From NCBI GenBank assembly GCA_035481975.1, contig DATHRC010000008.1:15877-79876 (forward strand): a DNA stretch of 64,000 bases, in the 5' to 3' direction. The stretch comes from Steroidobacteraceae bacterium. Its GTDB lineage: Bacteria; Pseudomonadota; Gammaproteobacteria; Steroidobacterales; Steroidobacteraceae. Below the pieces are notes generated by a model, which was given only the letters and a program-made list of their open reading frames with translations, was not told the origin of the DNA and searched no databases. Made by a program: the position numbers and the translations under genes. How positions within the stretch are numbered: position 1 is the stretch's first letter; the number at the start of each line of letters is the position of its first letter. This document shows, piece by piece, positions 25,400-33,860 of this stretch.

Positions 25400-27979
25400 T
25401 CAGCTGCCGATCCTGACCTGGTAAGTGACGGTGAGCGCCCCGCCCGAGCGAAGCGAGCCGCCGAAGCTCCATTGCACCGCGCCGGTGCCGCCCGCCGCAG
25501 GCTGGGTGGTCACGCTGCAGCTGCTCACGCCCGCGGGCAGTGTGCCCGGGCAGGCCGCCGACACGAAGGTAGTAAAGGCGGGCGTCGCATCGCTGATCAC
25601 GAGTGTCGACACGGTCTGCGCACCGGTGTTGGTGGCGGTGAGGGTGTACTGCAGCGTGTCGCCAGGATTGGCATTCACGGCAGTTGCCGCGCCACCGCCC
25701 TGAGTGAGGTTGCTGACCAGCTTGACGAGCGACAGCGTGCCGGTCGCGCCGACCGTGGTCAGGTCGCTGGCGCTCACCGTGGCCGCGAGCGCCGGGCTGG
25801 CATTGCTGTACTGGCATGCGGCGCTGACGGTGACGGCGCTCTGCGCCCCGGCCGCGGCGCCGGCGGGCACCTGCACCTTGACGATCAGGCAGACCTTCTG
25901 ACCGGCCGTGACCGCGATGGGCGCGCTGATCTGCGGATCGCTGCCGCTGAGCGTGCCGCTGCAGCTCAAATCCTGGTAGAGCACCGCGGTCCACGGCGGC
26001 GCGGCCGGCGCACTGCTGGCGGCGATCGCGAAGCTCACCTGCCCGGCGCTGCCGGCAATGAAGGTGTGGGCGTACTGCACGGTCGCGCCCGGCTGCGCCT
26101 GCTGCGCGCCGTTGGGGGCGAGACTGTTGGGCGGCACCAGCCCGAAGCTCACCCCGGTATAAGCCTGGCCGGCCACCGGTGTGAAACTCACGCTCGGACG
26201 TGAGTAACTGCCGCCGCTGGTTCCGGCACTGCCGCCGGTGGCGAGATAGCCGCTCGGGGCGAGCGGGGTGACGGTGAGCGTGCCGCTGGCGGTGGCCGGT
26301 ATCCACAGCGTATAGGTGCCCGCCGCCGGCGTGCGCATCGCGGTGGTGACCGCCCCGCTGCCCTGCACCAGCACGCTGCCGATGCCGGCTTCCGCGCCGT
26401 CCTGCACGCCGTTGTTGGCGATACCCGCGCCGGCGCCGGTGTCGGCAAACACCACGCCGCTCACGCTGCTGCCGTCGTACAGGCCGAAATTCTGCGGCGG
26501 CGGCGGTTCGCTCGGCACCACGTTGAGCTGGATGACGCCGCTCGGGTTCTGCGTGCCGAGCCAGCCGGCGGGGCGCGCAGCGATGATGTCGGTGAGCGTG
26601 CTATCCGCATTGAGGATGAGGCAATAGCTGCCGGCGGCGATCGGCGCGAAGCTGTACGCACCGCTTGCGGCGTTCACGGCGGCGGCCGCCGTGGCCGGGC
26701 TCTGACACGCCCCGCCGGTGAAAGGCGCGAGCTTGACGAACAGGCCGCTCACGCCGGTGCCGCTCTCGCCGCCGTCCAGGGTGCCATTGTGGTTGGCGTC
26801 GTTGTAGACCGTGCCGGCGATGGTCTGCGGCGGCGGCGTCAGGGTCAATGTGCAGGTGATGGCGTCCCCGGTCTGGGGCGTCAGCGTGAAGCTGGTGCCG
26901 GCGCCATGCGGCAGCACCGTGTTGGTGCCGCCGAAGGCCGACGCTCCCGGGCCGCTGTTGGTGCAGCTCATGCTGCCGGTGTACGCCGACAGCGCCGAGA
27001 AGCTGCCGGCCGCCATGGCGGCGCTCAGCGTGATGCTGTTGGTGCCGATGACGGAAGTTGCCCCGGTGCCGACGTTGCCGGCCCCGCTGGTGGTGGCCGC
27101 CTTGATGGTGGCCGCGGGGCTGGTGTAGGCGATGCTGGCGGTGAACTGGTCGGAGGCGCTGATGCGTCCGTTGATCACCAGGTTGAAGGTGAGCGGCGGC
27201 AGCGAGAGGGCGAACAACGCCGCCTCGTTACCCGAAAAGGCCGTCGAGACCTGTGTGGGGTTCGCTGTTCCGAGCACCACCGAGCCGTTGTAGTTGCCAT
27301 CTGTCGTCGTCGGCGCGCTTTCGAGCACGATGCCAGTACCGGTGCCCGACAAAGTCACGGCGCCGCCATTAAAGGAGGCGTAGTAGGTGACGTTGTCTAT
27401 CAGGCTCCAGCTCGAGGTGCTCGTATAGGTGATGGTCTCCGGCGCATTGGTATTCTCGCCGTCCGCGCTGTAGAGGACGAAGGTGCGCGCGTTGCCGGAG
27501 GCGTCCTTGACGGTGAGACCCGACAGCGTGGTGGTGCCGGTACCCGTCTGGTTGAGCCAATAGAATATCGGCTTGCCGGTGATGCCGTTGTAGGCGCCGT
27601 GTCCGAAGGCACCGCCGCCGCTCCACGAAGGCTCGGCGACCACGGCCATGCCGCTCGTGATCTGGGCGCTCAGGTTGAAGGTGCCGGCGCCGTTCGGCAG
27701 CGTGAAGGTGAGCGGCTGCGCTGCCACCGAGCCGGTGTTGAAGCTGGTGAAATCGAGCCACCACAGGCTCTGTGCGAACGTGCCGGTGCCGCTGCTCGCG
27801 TAGGAGCCGCCGGCGGCCAGCACCGGCGCGGCGCTCACCGCGAGCACCGCGGCGAGGAGCGCGGCGCGCAGCGGGCCTGCGCCGCGCAGCGGGCGTGCGC
27901 CACGCGGGAGGCGTGCGGCCCGGGACGGCGCTGCGCGCTGCCGCGGAACCCTGAGCGTGAAGGCGCCGCAATTCTTCAT
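25400..27979 (-). CDS. 859-aa exported adhesin-like protein: non-repeat head, two SdrD-B/Cna-B-like domains, two DUF11-type domains
   Basis: The start was moved to ATG 27979..27977 (verified); it overlaps the upstream stop as ATGA. A long Arg-rich n-region precedes LLAAVLAVSAAPVLA. SdrD-B-like motifs are GTVYNDANHNGTLDGGESG and GVVFADTGAGAGIANNGVQDGAEAG. The C-terminal DUF11-like motif is PGDTLQYTLTATNTGAQTVSTLVISDATP...LTVTYQVRIGS. Confidence 0.8.
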   Translation of the reverse strand: MKNCGAFTLRVPRQRAAPSRAARLPRGARPLRGAGPLRAALLAAVLAVSAAPVLAAGGSYASSGTGTFAQSLWWLDFTSFNTGSVAAQPLTFTLPNGAGTFNLSAQITSGMAVVAEPSWSGGGAFGHGAYNGITGKPIFYWLNQTGTGTTTLSGLTVKDASGNARTFVLYSADGENTNAPETITYTSTSSWSLIDNVTYYASFNGGAVTLSGTGTGIVLESAPTTTDGNYNGSVVLGTANPTQVSTAFSGNEAALFALSLPPLTFNLVINGRISASDQFTASIAYTSPAATIKAATTSGAGNVGTGATSVIGTNSITLSAAMAAGSFSALSAYTGSMSCTNSGPGASAFGGTNTVLPHGAGTSFTLTPQTGDAITCTLTLTPPPQTIAGTVYNDANHNGTLDGGESGTGVSGLFVKLAPFTGGACQSPATAAAAVNAASGAYSFAPIAAGSYCLILNADSTLTDIIAARPAGWLGTQNPSGVIQLNVVPSEPPPPQNFGLYDGSSVSGVVFADTGAGAGIANNGVQDGAEAGIGSVLVQGSGAVTTAMRTPAAGTYTLWIPATASGTLTVTPLAPSGYLATGGSAGTSGGSYSRPSVSFTPVAGQAYTGVSFGLVPPNSLAPNGAQQAQPGATVQYAHTFIAGSAGQVSFAIAASSAPAAPPWTAVLYQDLSCSGTLSGSDPQISAPIAVTAGQKVCLIVKVQVPAGAAAGAQSAVTVSAACQYSNASPALAATVSASDLTTVGATGTLSLVKLVSNLTQGGGAATAVNANPGDTLQYTLTATNTGAQTVSTLVISDATPAFTTFVSAACPGTLPAGVSSCSVTTQPAAGGTGAVQWSFGGSLRSGGALTVTYQVRIGS
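27866..27919 (-). repeat. three tandem 18-nt (6-codon) repeats inside the pre-signal n-region of the adhesin-like gene
   Basis: GCGCAGCGGGCCTGCGCC (27866-27883) and GCGCAGCGGGCGTGCGCC (27884-27901) differ at one position. A degenerate third copy lies at 27902-27919. On the coding strand they encode AARLPR-GARPLR-GAGPLR. Confidence 0.7.
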
Positions 27980-30900
27980 GGGGCACGCGCAGCGAAGTTG
28001 CCGTGCCCGGCGCTGTCGCGCGCCGCGACCGGCGCGCCGCCGAGCAGGCTCTCGTCGAACTTTAAGTTCAGCCGCAGATAGACGCCGCGCTGCGTGTACG
28101 CTTCGCCGGAAAGATCGGGCGCCGAAAAGCCCTGCACGTTGTAGCCGAGCGAGACCCACAGGTTCTTCCACACCAGGTAACCGACCACCGGTCCCAGTGC
28201 GTACTGACGGTCGCCGTCACCCCACAGCGCATAGCCCTGCAGACCGGCGTCCCAGCGGGGATTGAGATCCCAGGTGGAGCGCGCCCCGCCGAGCTGGGTG
28301 AGCGTGGTGCCGGCGAACCCGTCGGTCCAGTCGATGGCGCGCTTGGCCGCATAGCGCGCGGCGATCTCCCAGCCGCGCGTCGGCTGGATGTTGAGGTTGC
28401 CGGCGACGATCCATGCCATCTCGTCGAGGTTAAGGCCCGGGCCGAGCGTGGTGTCGTAGTCGCGCAGGTACTCGATCTGGCCGAGCGCGTTCCAGACATC
28501 GCTGTTCACCGGGCGGTAGGCGAACCCCGACTGCACGCGCGCCAGCTCGCGACCCTGCGGGCCCTGCGCCCCTTGCAGTCCGTCCGCCTCCTGGTTGAGG
28601 TCGGTCTGCTTCGTATACAGCGCGCGCTCGAGCAGCGTCCAGGACGCATCGAGCTTGTGGGCAACACCAGCGGTCAACAGCCAGGTGTGCGAGCTGTCGG
28701 AGGTCTCCCACTGCGCCTGGGAGGAGGCCTTCCAGTCGTGTGCGGCGGTGTAGTTCGCGCCGAGCGTGATCGCGCTCGCTGCGTCACTGATCACCCCGCC
28801 GAGGGGCACGACGCGCTGCGCACTGGCCGACAGCCCGATACCGTCCTCGAGCTTCCACTGCTGGCGCAGGCCGATCGCCGCTTCGCTGCTGCGCCCGTCG
28901 ATGCCGTCGCCGACGCGGTACTCATCGAACAGCTGCGTGTTGTCGGGGAGCGTGGTGCTCAGGCCCGCCACCGTGGTGTACTGCTGCACCTGCGGATCGA
29001 GCGAGTAGGGGCCGTTGAGGCTGTTGATGAAGTCGTGCTGTGCGTACAGGTGCGTCGTGGCATTCAGCGCGTAGGTGCCGCCGACGCCGTATTCCTCGCC
29101 TTCGCCGGCGACGGCCTTCTCGGCGAGCGCGAAGGCTTCGGCACCCTTGACGTCCGGAACCGGCACGGTGACCTTGACGAGCGCGGCGGTGTAACCGGCC
29201 TGCGCGTTGTCCGTGCCCGGCGGCAGCACCGGGGGCACCGGTGTCGCCGGTGCGATCATGCCAGGCAGGGCAGGGGCGGACAGTGCCGCGGCCGCATTGG
29301 CGTCGCTGTGCAGCACGCCGACCTCCACCTTCGCCTTGCCGCGCAGGGTGTGCTCGAGCTTCACGTCCGCCCCGGTCTGCTCGGCTCCGGTGACACTGTC
29401 GGAGGTCCTCAGGCCTTCCGCGACGATCCGGTCGGCCGCGTCCAGGCGGTAAGCTCCTTTGAGGCCGTACTGGGCTTCGCCGGCCTGTTGCAGGCTGTTC
29501 GGGTTGTAGAAATCCGCATCGGTGTGCGTGCCCCACAGGTGCATCTGCAGCTTCGTGTCCTCGTGCTGCACGTCGAGGCGCTCGCCGAGGCCGTCGCCCT
29601 GCACGTCGCTTGCGCTGCGGGCCACTTCGGCGATCGCCGTGGTATGGGCGTCGAGCTTTTCGGTGAGGTTGACGCCTTCCAGCGTAAGCTCGTTGCCGGG
29701 GTCGGCATCGTGGATCGCGGTGGCGCCGAGGGTGAGCCCCGGGGTCACCTGCAGGCGCGCATCCGCGCCTTCCACCCAGTGCTTCGGGCCGCCGTCATCG
29801 ATCGAGTAGCTGACGTGGACGTAGACCGGGTTGAGGTTGGCATCGACGCTCGGCACCGGATTGGTGAGCAGCAGCAGCCCGGTGTACGGCTCGATGGCGT
29901 AGTCGGTGAACGGCGTCAGCGGGGTGTCGCTCAGGATGACTGACGGCTGATTGCGGTCGCGCGTGATGATGTCGACCTGCTGGCTGTTAGTGACGCCGCG
30001 CAGGTCGAGCTGGAACGGACCGGAGGTGCCGTTGGCGCGGAACTCGACGATGCTCTGGGTGCTGCTGGTGTCGCTGGCAAAGCCATCGACGGTGACGCTG
30101 CCGAGCTGCCAGTGCGCCTTGGCGCCGTTCAGGGCGCGCGCGTACTGGGTCAGCTGGCGGGCCGGGTTGTCGCTTTGCGTGGTGTAGTCGCCATACAGCG
30201 CGTAATTGGTGCCGTTCTGCACCATGACGTACAGCTTGCCGGTGGACTGCGCGTCGAAGCCGCGCGCCGCGGAGTCGCCGTACACCGGATAGAACTGGTC
30301 GGGCTGGATGTCGCGGAACAGCGTGGTGTCGGAGGGCTTGTCCGAGTCGTACGCGAGTGTCAGCAGCGTCGAGCCCAGGACCTTGCCCTTGAGGAACAGC
30401 GCGGTGCGCGCCGCGGCATCGTCCTTGCCGCTGTCGAAGCTGCTGGAGACATTGGCGATCTCATTCTCGAACACGTCGGTGCTCTGGGCCGGCTGCAGCG
30501 CCGACGGATTGAGATTGCGCAGGTTGAGGGAAGCGGACACGAGTCCCACGCCGAGCAGCGGCCGCAGGTTGGGCGTGAAATCGAGCGTGGTGGCGGCCTT
30601 CACCGCGCCGCTGCCGACCGCGATGTCGGTCTTGCCCGGCTGCGCCGGCGGCAGCAGCAGCAGCTGCGCCGCGCCGCCGCTGACGAACACCTGGCTGCCG
30701 TCCGCCTTCGCCACGTGCTCATCGGCGGGGATCTGCCAGCGGCCGAGACTGGTGGACAGCGTGAGCAGGGTGCGCGCGGCCACCGGCAGGCCGTCGGCAT
30801 CGCGCAGCAGCACCTTGACGGGTACCGCCGTGGCTGCGTCCGCCACCGCCGCGGCAGGCGCCTCGAGAATGATGCGCGCCAGCGCGCCCGGAGCGAGCAC

Positions 30901-33765
30901 GCTGATGGCGGCGCTGCCGCGCACAACGCCGAAGTCATCGAGGGCGCGCAGGCGCAGCTCATTCCTGCCGGGGGTGAGATCGACGCCGACGTACTCCCAG
31001 GCCAGCACGCCGGTTCTCTCCAGGCTGCTCTTCTGGCCGACGCGACTGTCAGCGAGGGTGTTGCCGTTGACGGTGAGCTCCAGATGCGTGCCGAGCGGCC
31101 CCTTCACCTGCACGCGCGTCTGCGCGATCGGCAGCACGTCGCCATCCTTCAGGTTGACGAAGCCCACCTCGGGTGAGAGCTGCGGCAGCGCCTTCTCCAG
31201 CGCCTCGGTGCGCAGCTGCGTCTGCAGGGCGCGGAAATCGGCGTAATTGCTGTCGTCGGCTACCGGCGGCGCCGGCGCCTGCTGCTCGAGCAGCTGCGCC
31301 GCACTGGTGGTGAGCTGCTGCGGCAGTCCCTGCGCCTGCGGCGCGTACGGGCCGCCGGGATCGGCCACCGCGCCGAGCGGCGCGGCCGCTCCCGCAAAGG
31401 GTGAGATGCCGGGCATGCCGGAGGCGAGCGGTGCCTGCGGCAGCAGCGTGTTGCTGCCGGTCGTGGTATCGGGCGCACCCGGCAGACGGATGACCCCACT
31501 CGCCGGCAGCGTGCGCTGGTCGACGCTGGTGGTGGTCGCATTCGGCGACAACAGGCTCGAGGCCGCCTGCAGGATCTCCGAGGGCGTGATCAGGGCCTGG
31601 CGCCGCGCGTTGATCTGCGCATTGAGGTCGGCGCTGCAGCCGGCGAGCGCGAAGTCGGTCTTGTGCAGCTCGCCGTTGGTGAGGTCGACGAAGGCGCTGC
31701 CACCATCGAAGGCATTGCGGTTATTGAGCACCTCGAGGCGCGTGCCCGCCGGCAGCGTGGTGAGATCGACCTTGGCCACGTGCATGCGCGGGGTGAGACC
31801 GTACAGGCTGTACTTGCCGTCTTCGTCGCTCACCACGTAGGTGCCGTCCTCCAGGTAGATGCGCACGCCGGGGATTCCGGGCTCGCCCGGATCCTGGATG
31901 CCGTTGGCGTTGCAGTCGGCGAACACCTTGCCGATGAGGTAGGCGTCGCTGGAGAACACCCCGCCGGTGATCTGCACGGTAACGCTGGCGCGATTCGACG
32001 CGAGGTGGCCGCTCAGCGCCTGCGCCAGGTTGGTGCCGCTGCCGCCCTGCGCACCGGCGCCGATGCGCACCCGGTAGCTGAGGGTCAGCTGGGCCGCCTT
32101 CGGCAGGGCGCCGAGCGCAAATTCCAGCGCCGGTCCGGCCCCGCCGGCCGGATCGGCGAGATGCGCACCATTCAGGCGGGCGCTGCCGTGCACGTAGGAG
32201 AAGCCCGCCGGCAGCTCATCGCTCACCACGCTCGCCGGCAACGCCGCGCCGGTGTTGTTATTCACCTGCACGCTGTAGTCGACGAAGTCGCCGAGCTGCG
32301 CGCTGAGCTTGTCGGCAGTCTTCTGGATCAGCAGGCCACCGGCTGCGCCGCCCGGATCGAGCGGCACGTCGAAGTGCACCGCCTGGTTCTGTGCGCCGGC
32401 GATGACAAAATTCCTGCCGTAGGAGCCTTGCGGATTGAGCACGCGGCCCGCGGGCTGCTGGGCCGGCGGCAGCGTCGAGGGAAACAGGTAACCGGCCGGC
32501 GGCGTGACAACCAGCCGGTAGGTACTCGGGGCCACGACCGGGAAAGCATAGCCGCCGGAGGCGGCGGTGACCACGGTCGCCGGCGCCGGGGTCGTGCCGT
32601 CGGACTGGAACACGCGCGCCGGCCCGCCGGCGTTACCGCCGTTGCCGGCGCCAGTGACGTCGATGAGCTCGACGCTCGTGGCCGCCACCGCATGGTTGCT
32701 GTGACTGTCGTACACCACGCCCGACGGATCGATGAGCAGCGTGGTGCTGGCCGACACCGCGCCGCCGGCGCAATGCGTCACGGTCGCGGTGACCACGTCG
32801 TTCGGCAGCACCTCGAGCACCCCGTCGCCCGCTACCACCGCATGCGTCGCCGCGTTCGCCGTGGGCACGTTCGGCTGGATGCGGAACACGCCGGTGTTGG
32901 CTGCGGTCTCCACGGCGTTGAAGGTGTCGACGTCCCCGGTCAGGCGGCTGGTGATCGTGACCGGCACGGTCAGTGCCTGCGCGGGATTGTTGTTGCAGAC
33001 GGCGGCATTCACCTGCACGAACAGCGGACTGCCGAGCGCGCCCGAGGCGCTGGCGGTGACGTAACTGCCGCTGGTGTAGTAGCCGATGGCCGGGGCGATC
33101 ACCGGCAGAGTGATGATCAGGGTGTTGCTCGGCGTGCTCTGGGCGGCACCACCGGCGCTGGCGGCCCAGCCGGCCACGGCCAGCGCGCTGATGGCGGTGC
33201 TGGCGTTGGCATTGACGCTGACGTTGAGCTGGCCGGCGAGCGTGGCGCCCGACGGCAGCGTCGCCACGGCGAAGGCCGCCGCGTCGATGACGGCGCCGCC
33301 GGGCGGCGCCGTGGCCCAGCTGTTGGCGGCGGTCCCCTGCAGGTGATAGAGCGTTTGCGCGCCCGCGGTCAGCGCGTGCGCACTGACGAAGCTGGTGTTG
33401 GCCGGTGTCTGGAAGGACAGCAGCACCAGGCTGGTGGGTGCGCCGTTCACGGTGAGCGCGATCGGCTGGGCCGCCGCGCCGCCCTGGTTCTCGGCGTTCG
33501 CGGTCAGCACCAGCACCGCCCCGGGGGTGCTGGAGCTGCTCGCTGAGCTCAGCGTCACGACCATCAGGGGCGTCGTGCCGGTGACGACCGTGGCGCTCAC
33601 CGTGTTGGAGCCAAAGCCGATCTGCTGCGCCGTGGCGTTGGTGTACAGGCCCGCGGCGGTGTTGCTGATGACGGTGCCCGCAGGCGGCGGCGCCGCCTGG
33701 CCCAGCGCCCACGGGATCAGCGGCAATCCGACGAGCAGCAGGTAGCGAAGCAGGCGGTGAAACAT
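27976..33765 (-). CDS. 1929-aa exported fusion protein: DUF11 / Cna-B-like / SdrD-B-like passenger, low-complexity linker, Ig-like domains and a ~870-aa beta-rich C-terminal outer-membrane-like module
   Basis: The start was moved to ATG 33765 (verified), giving MFHRLLRYLLLVGLPLIPWALGQA followed by APPPAGTVISN. Motifs are IDPSGVVYDS (Cna-B-like), LLIQKTADK...FVDYSVQVNNNTG (DUF11) and GKVFADCNANGIQDPGEPGIPGV (SdrD-B-like). The C-terminal part has alternating-hydrophobic beta patterns and ends GVYLRLNLKF plus a 26-aa tail. Confidence 0.8.
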   Translation of the reverse strand: MFHRLLRYLLLVGLPLIPWALGQAAPPPAGTVISNTAAGLYTNATAQQIGFGSNTVSATVVTGTTPLMVVTLSSASSSSTPGAVLVLTANAENQGGAAAQPIALTVNGAPTSLVLLSFQTPANTSFVSAHALTAGAQTLYHLQGTAANSWATAPPGGAVIDAAAFAVATLPSGATLAGQLNVSVNANASTAISALAVAGWAASAGGAAQSTPSNTLIITLPVIAPAIGYYTSGSYVTASASGALGSPLFVQVNAAVCNNNPAQALTVPVTITSRLTGDVDTFNAVETAANTGVFRIQPNVPTANAATHAVVAGDGVLEVLPNDVVTATVTHCAGGAVSASTTLLIDPSGVVYDSHSNHAVAATSVELIDVTGAGNGGNAGGPARVFQSDGTTPAPATVVTAASGGYAFPVVAPSTYRLVVTPPAGYLFPSTLPPAQQPAGRVLNPQGSYGRNFVIAGAQNQAVHFDVPLDPGGAAGGLLIQKTADKLSAQLGDFVDYSVQVNNNTGAALPASVVSDELPAGFSYVHGSARLNGAHLADPAGGAGPALEFALGALPKAAQLTLSYRVRIGAGAQGGSGTNLAQALSGHLASNRASVTVQITGGVFSSDAYLIGKVFADCNANGIQDPGEPGIPGVRIYLEDGTYVVSDEDGKYSLYGLTPRMHVAKVDLTTLPAGTRLEVLNNRNAFDGGSAFVDLTNGELHKTDFALAGCSADLNAQINARRQALITPSEILQAASSLLSPNATTTSVDQRTLPASGVIRLPGAPDTTTGSNTLLPQAPLASGMPGISPFAGAAAPLGAVADPGGPYAPQAQGLPQQLTTSAAQLLEQQAPAPPVADDSNYADFRALQTQLRTEALEKALPQLSPEVGFVNLKDGDVLPIAQTRVQVKGPLGTHLELTVNGNTLADSRVGQKSSLERTGVLAWEYVGVDLTPGRNELRLRALDDFGVVRGSAAISVLAPGALARIILEAPAAAVADAATAVPVKVLLRDADGLPVAARTLLTLSTSLGRWQIPADEHVAKADGSQVFVSGGAAQLLLLPPAQPGKTDIAVGSGAVKAATTLDFTPNLRPLLGVGLVSASLNLRNLNPSALQPAQSTDVFENEIANVSSSFDSGKDDAAARTALFLKGKVLGSTLLTLAYDSDKPSDTTLFRDIQPDQFYPVYGDSAARGFDAQSTGKLYVMVQNGTNYALYGDYTTQSDNPARQLTQYARALNGAKAHWQLGSVTVDGFASDTSSTQSIVEFRANGTSGPFQLDLRGVTNSQQVDIITRDRNQPSVILSDTPLTPFTDYAIEPYTGLLLLTNPVPSVDANLNPVYVHVSYSIDDGGPKHWVEGADARLQVTPGLTLGATAIHDADPGNELTLEGVNLTEKLDAHTTAIAEVARSASDVQGDGLGERLDVQHEDTKLQMHLWGTHTDADFYNPNSLQQAGEAQYGLKGAYRLDAADRIVAEGLRTSDSVTGAEQTGADVKLEHTLRGKAKVEVGVLHSDANAAAALSAPALPGMIAPATPVPPVLPPGTDNAQAGYTAALVKVTVPVPDVKGAEAFALAEKAVAGEGEEYGVGGTYALNATTHLYAQHDFINSLNGPYSLDPQVQQYTTVAGLSTTLPDNTQLFDEYRVGDGIDGRSSEAAIGLRQQWKLEDGIGLSASAQRVVPLGGVISDAASAITLGANYTAAHDWKASSQAQWETSDSSHTWLLTAGVAHKLDASWTLLERALYTKQTDLNQEADGLQGAQGPQGRELARVQSGFAYRPVNSDVWNALGQIEYLRDYDTTLGPGLNLDEMAWIVAGNLNIQPTRGWEIAARYAAKRAIDWTDGFAGTTLTQLGGARSTWDLNPRWDAGLQGYALWGDGDRQYALGPVVGYLVWKNLWVSLGYNVQGFSAPDLSGEAYTQRGVYLRLNLKFDESLLGGAPVAARDSAGHGNFAARAP

Positions 33766-33826
33766 TGGGGTGGGCGCGGCGCTGCGGTGACTTCTGGGCT
33801 TGGCGAGCGAGCGACCATCCCGCAGC

Positions 33827-33854
33827 GACGGGGGAGGCGGGCGCCTCCCCCGTC
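33827..33854 (-). promoter_or_regulatory. strong intra-operon stem-loop immediately after the 883-aa repeat-protein gene
   Basis: GACGGGGGAGGCG-gg-CGCCTCCCCCGTC has 13 complementary positions (realistically an 11-bp stem and a 6-nt loop). It begins 6 nt downstream of the stop at 33861-33863 and lies about 60 nt upstream of ATG 33765. There is no U-tract. Confidence 0.55.
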
Positions 33855-33860
33855 CCTGCC

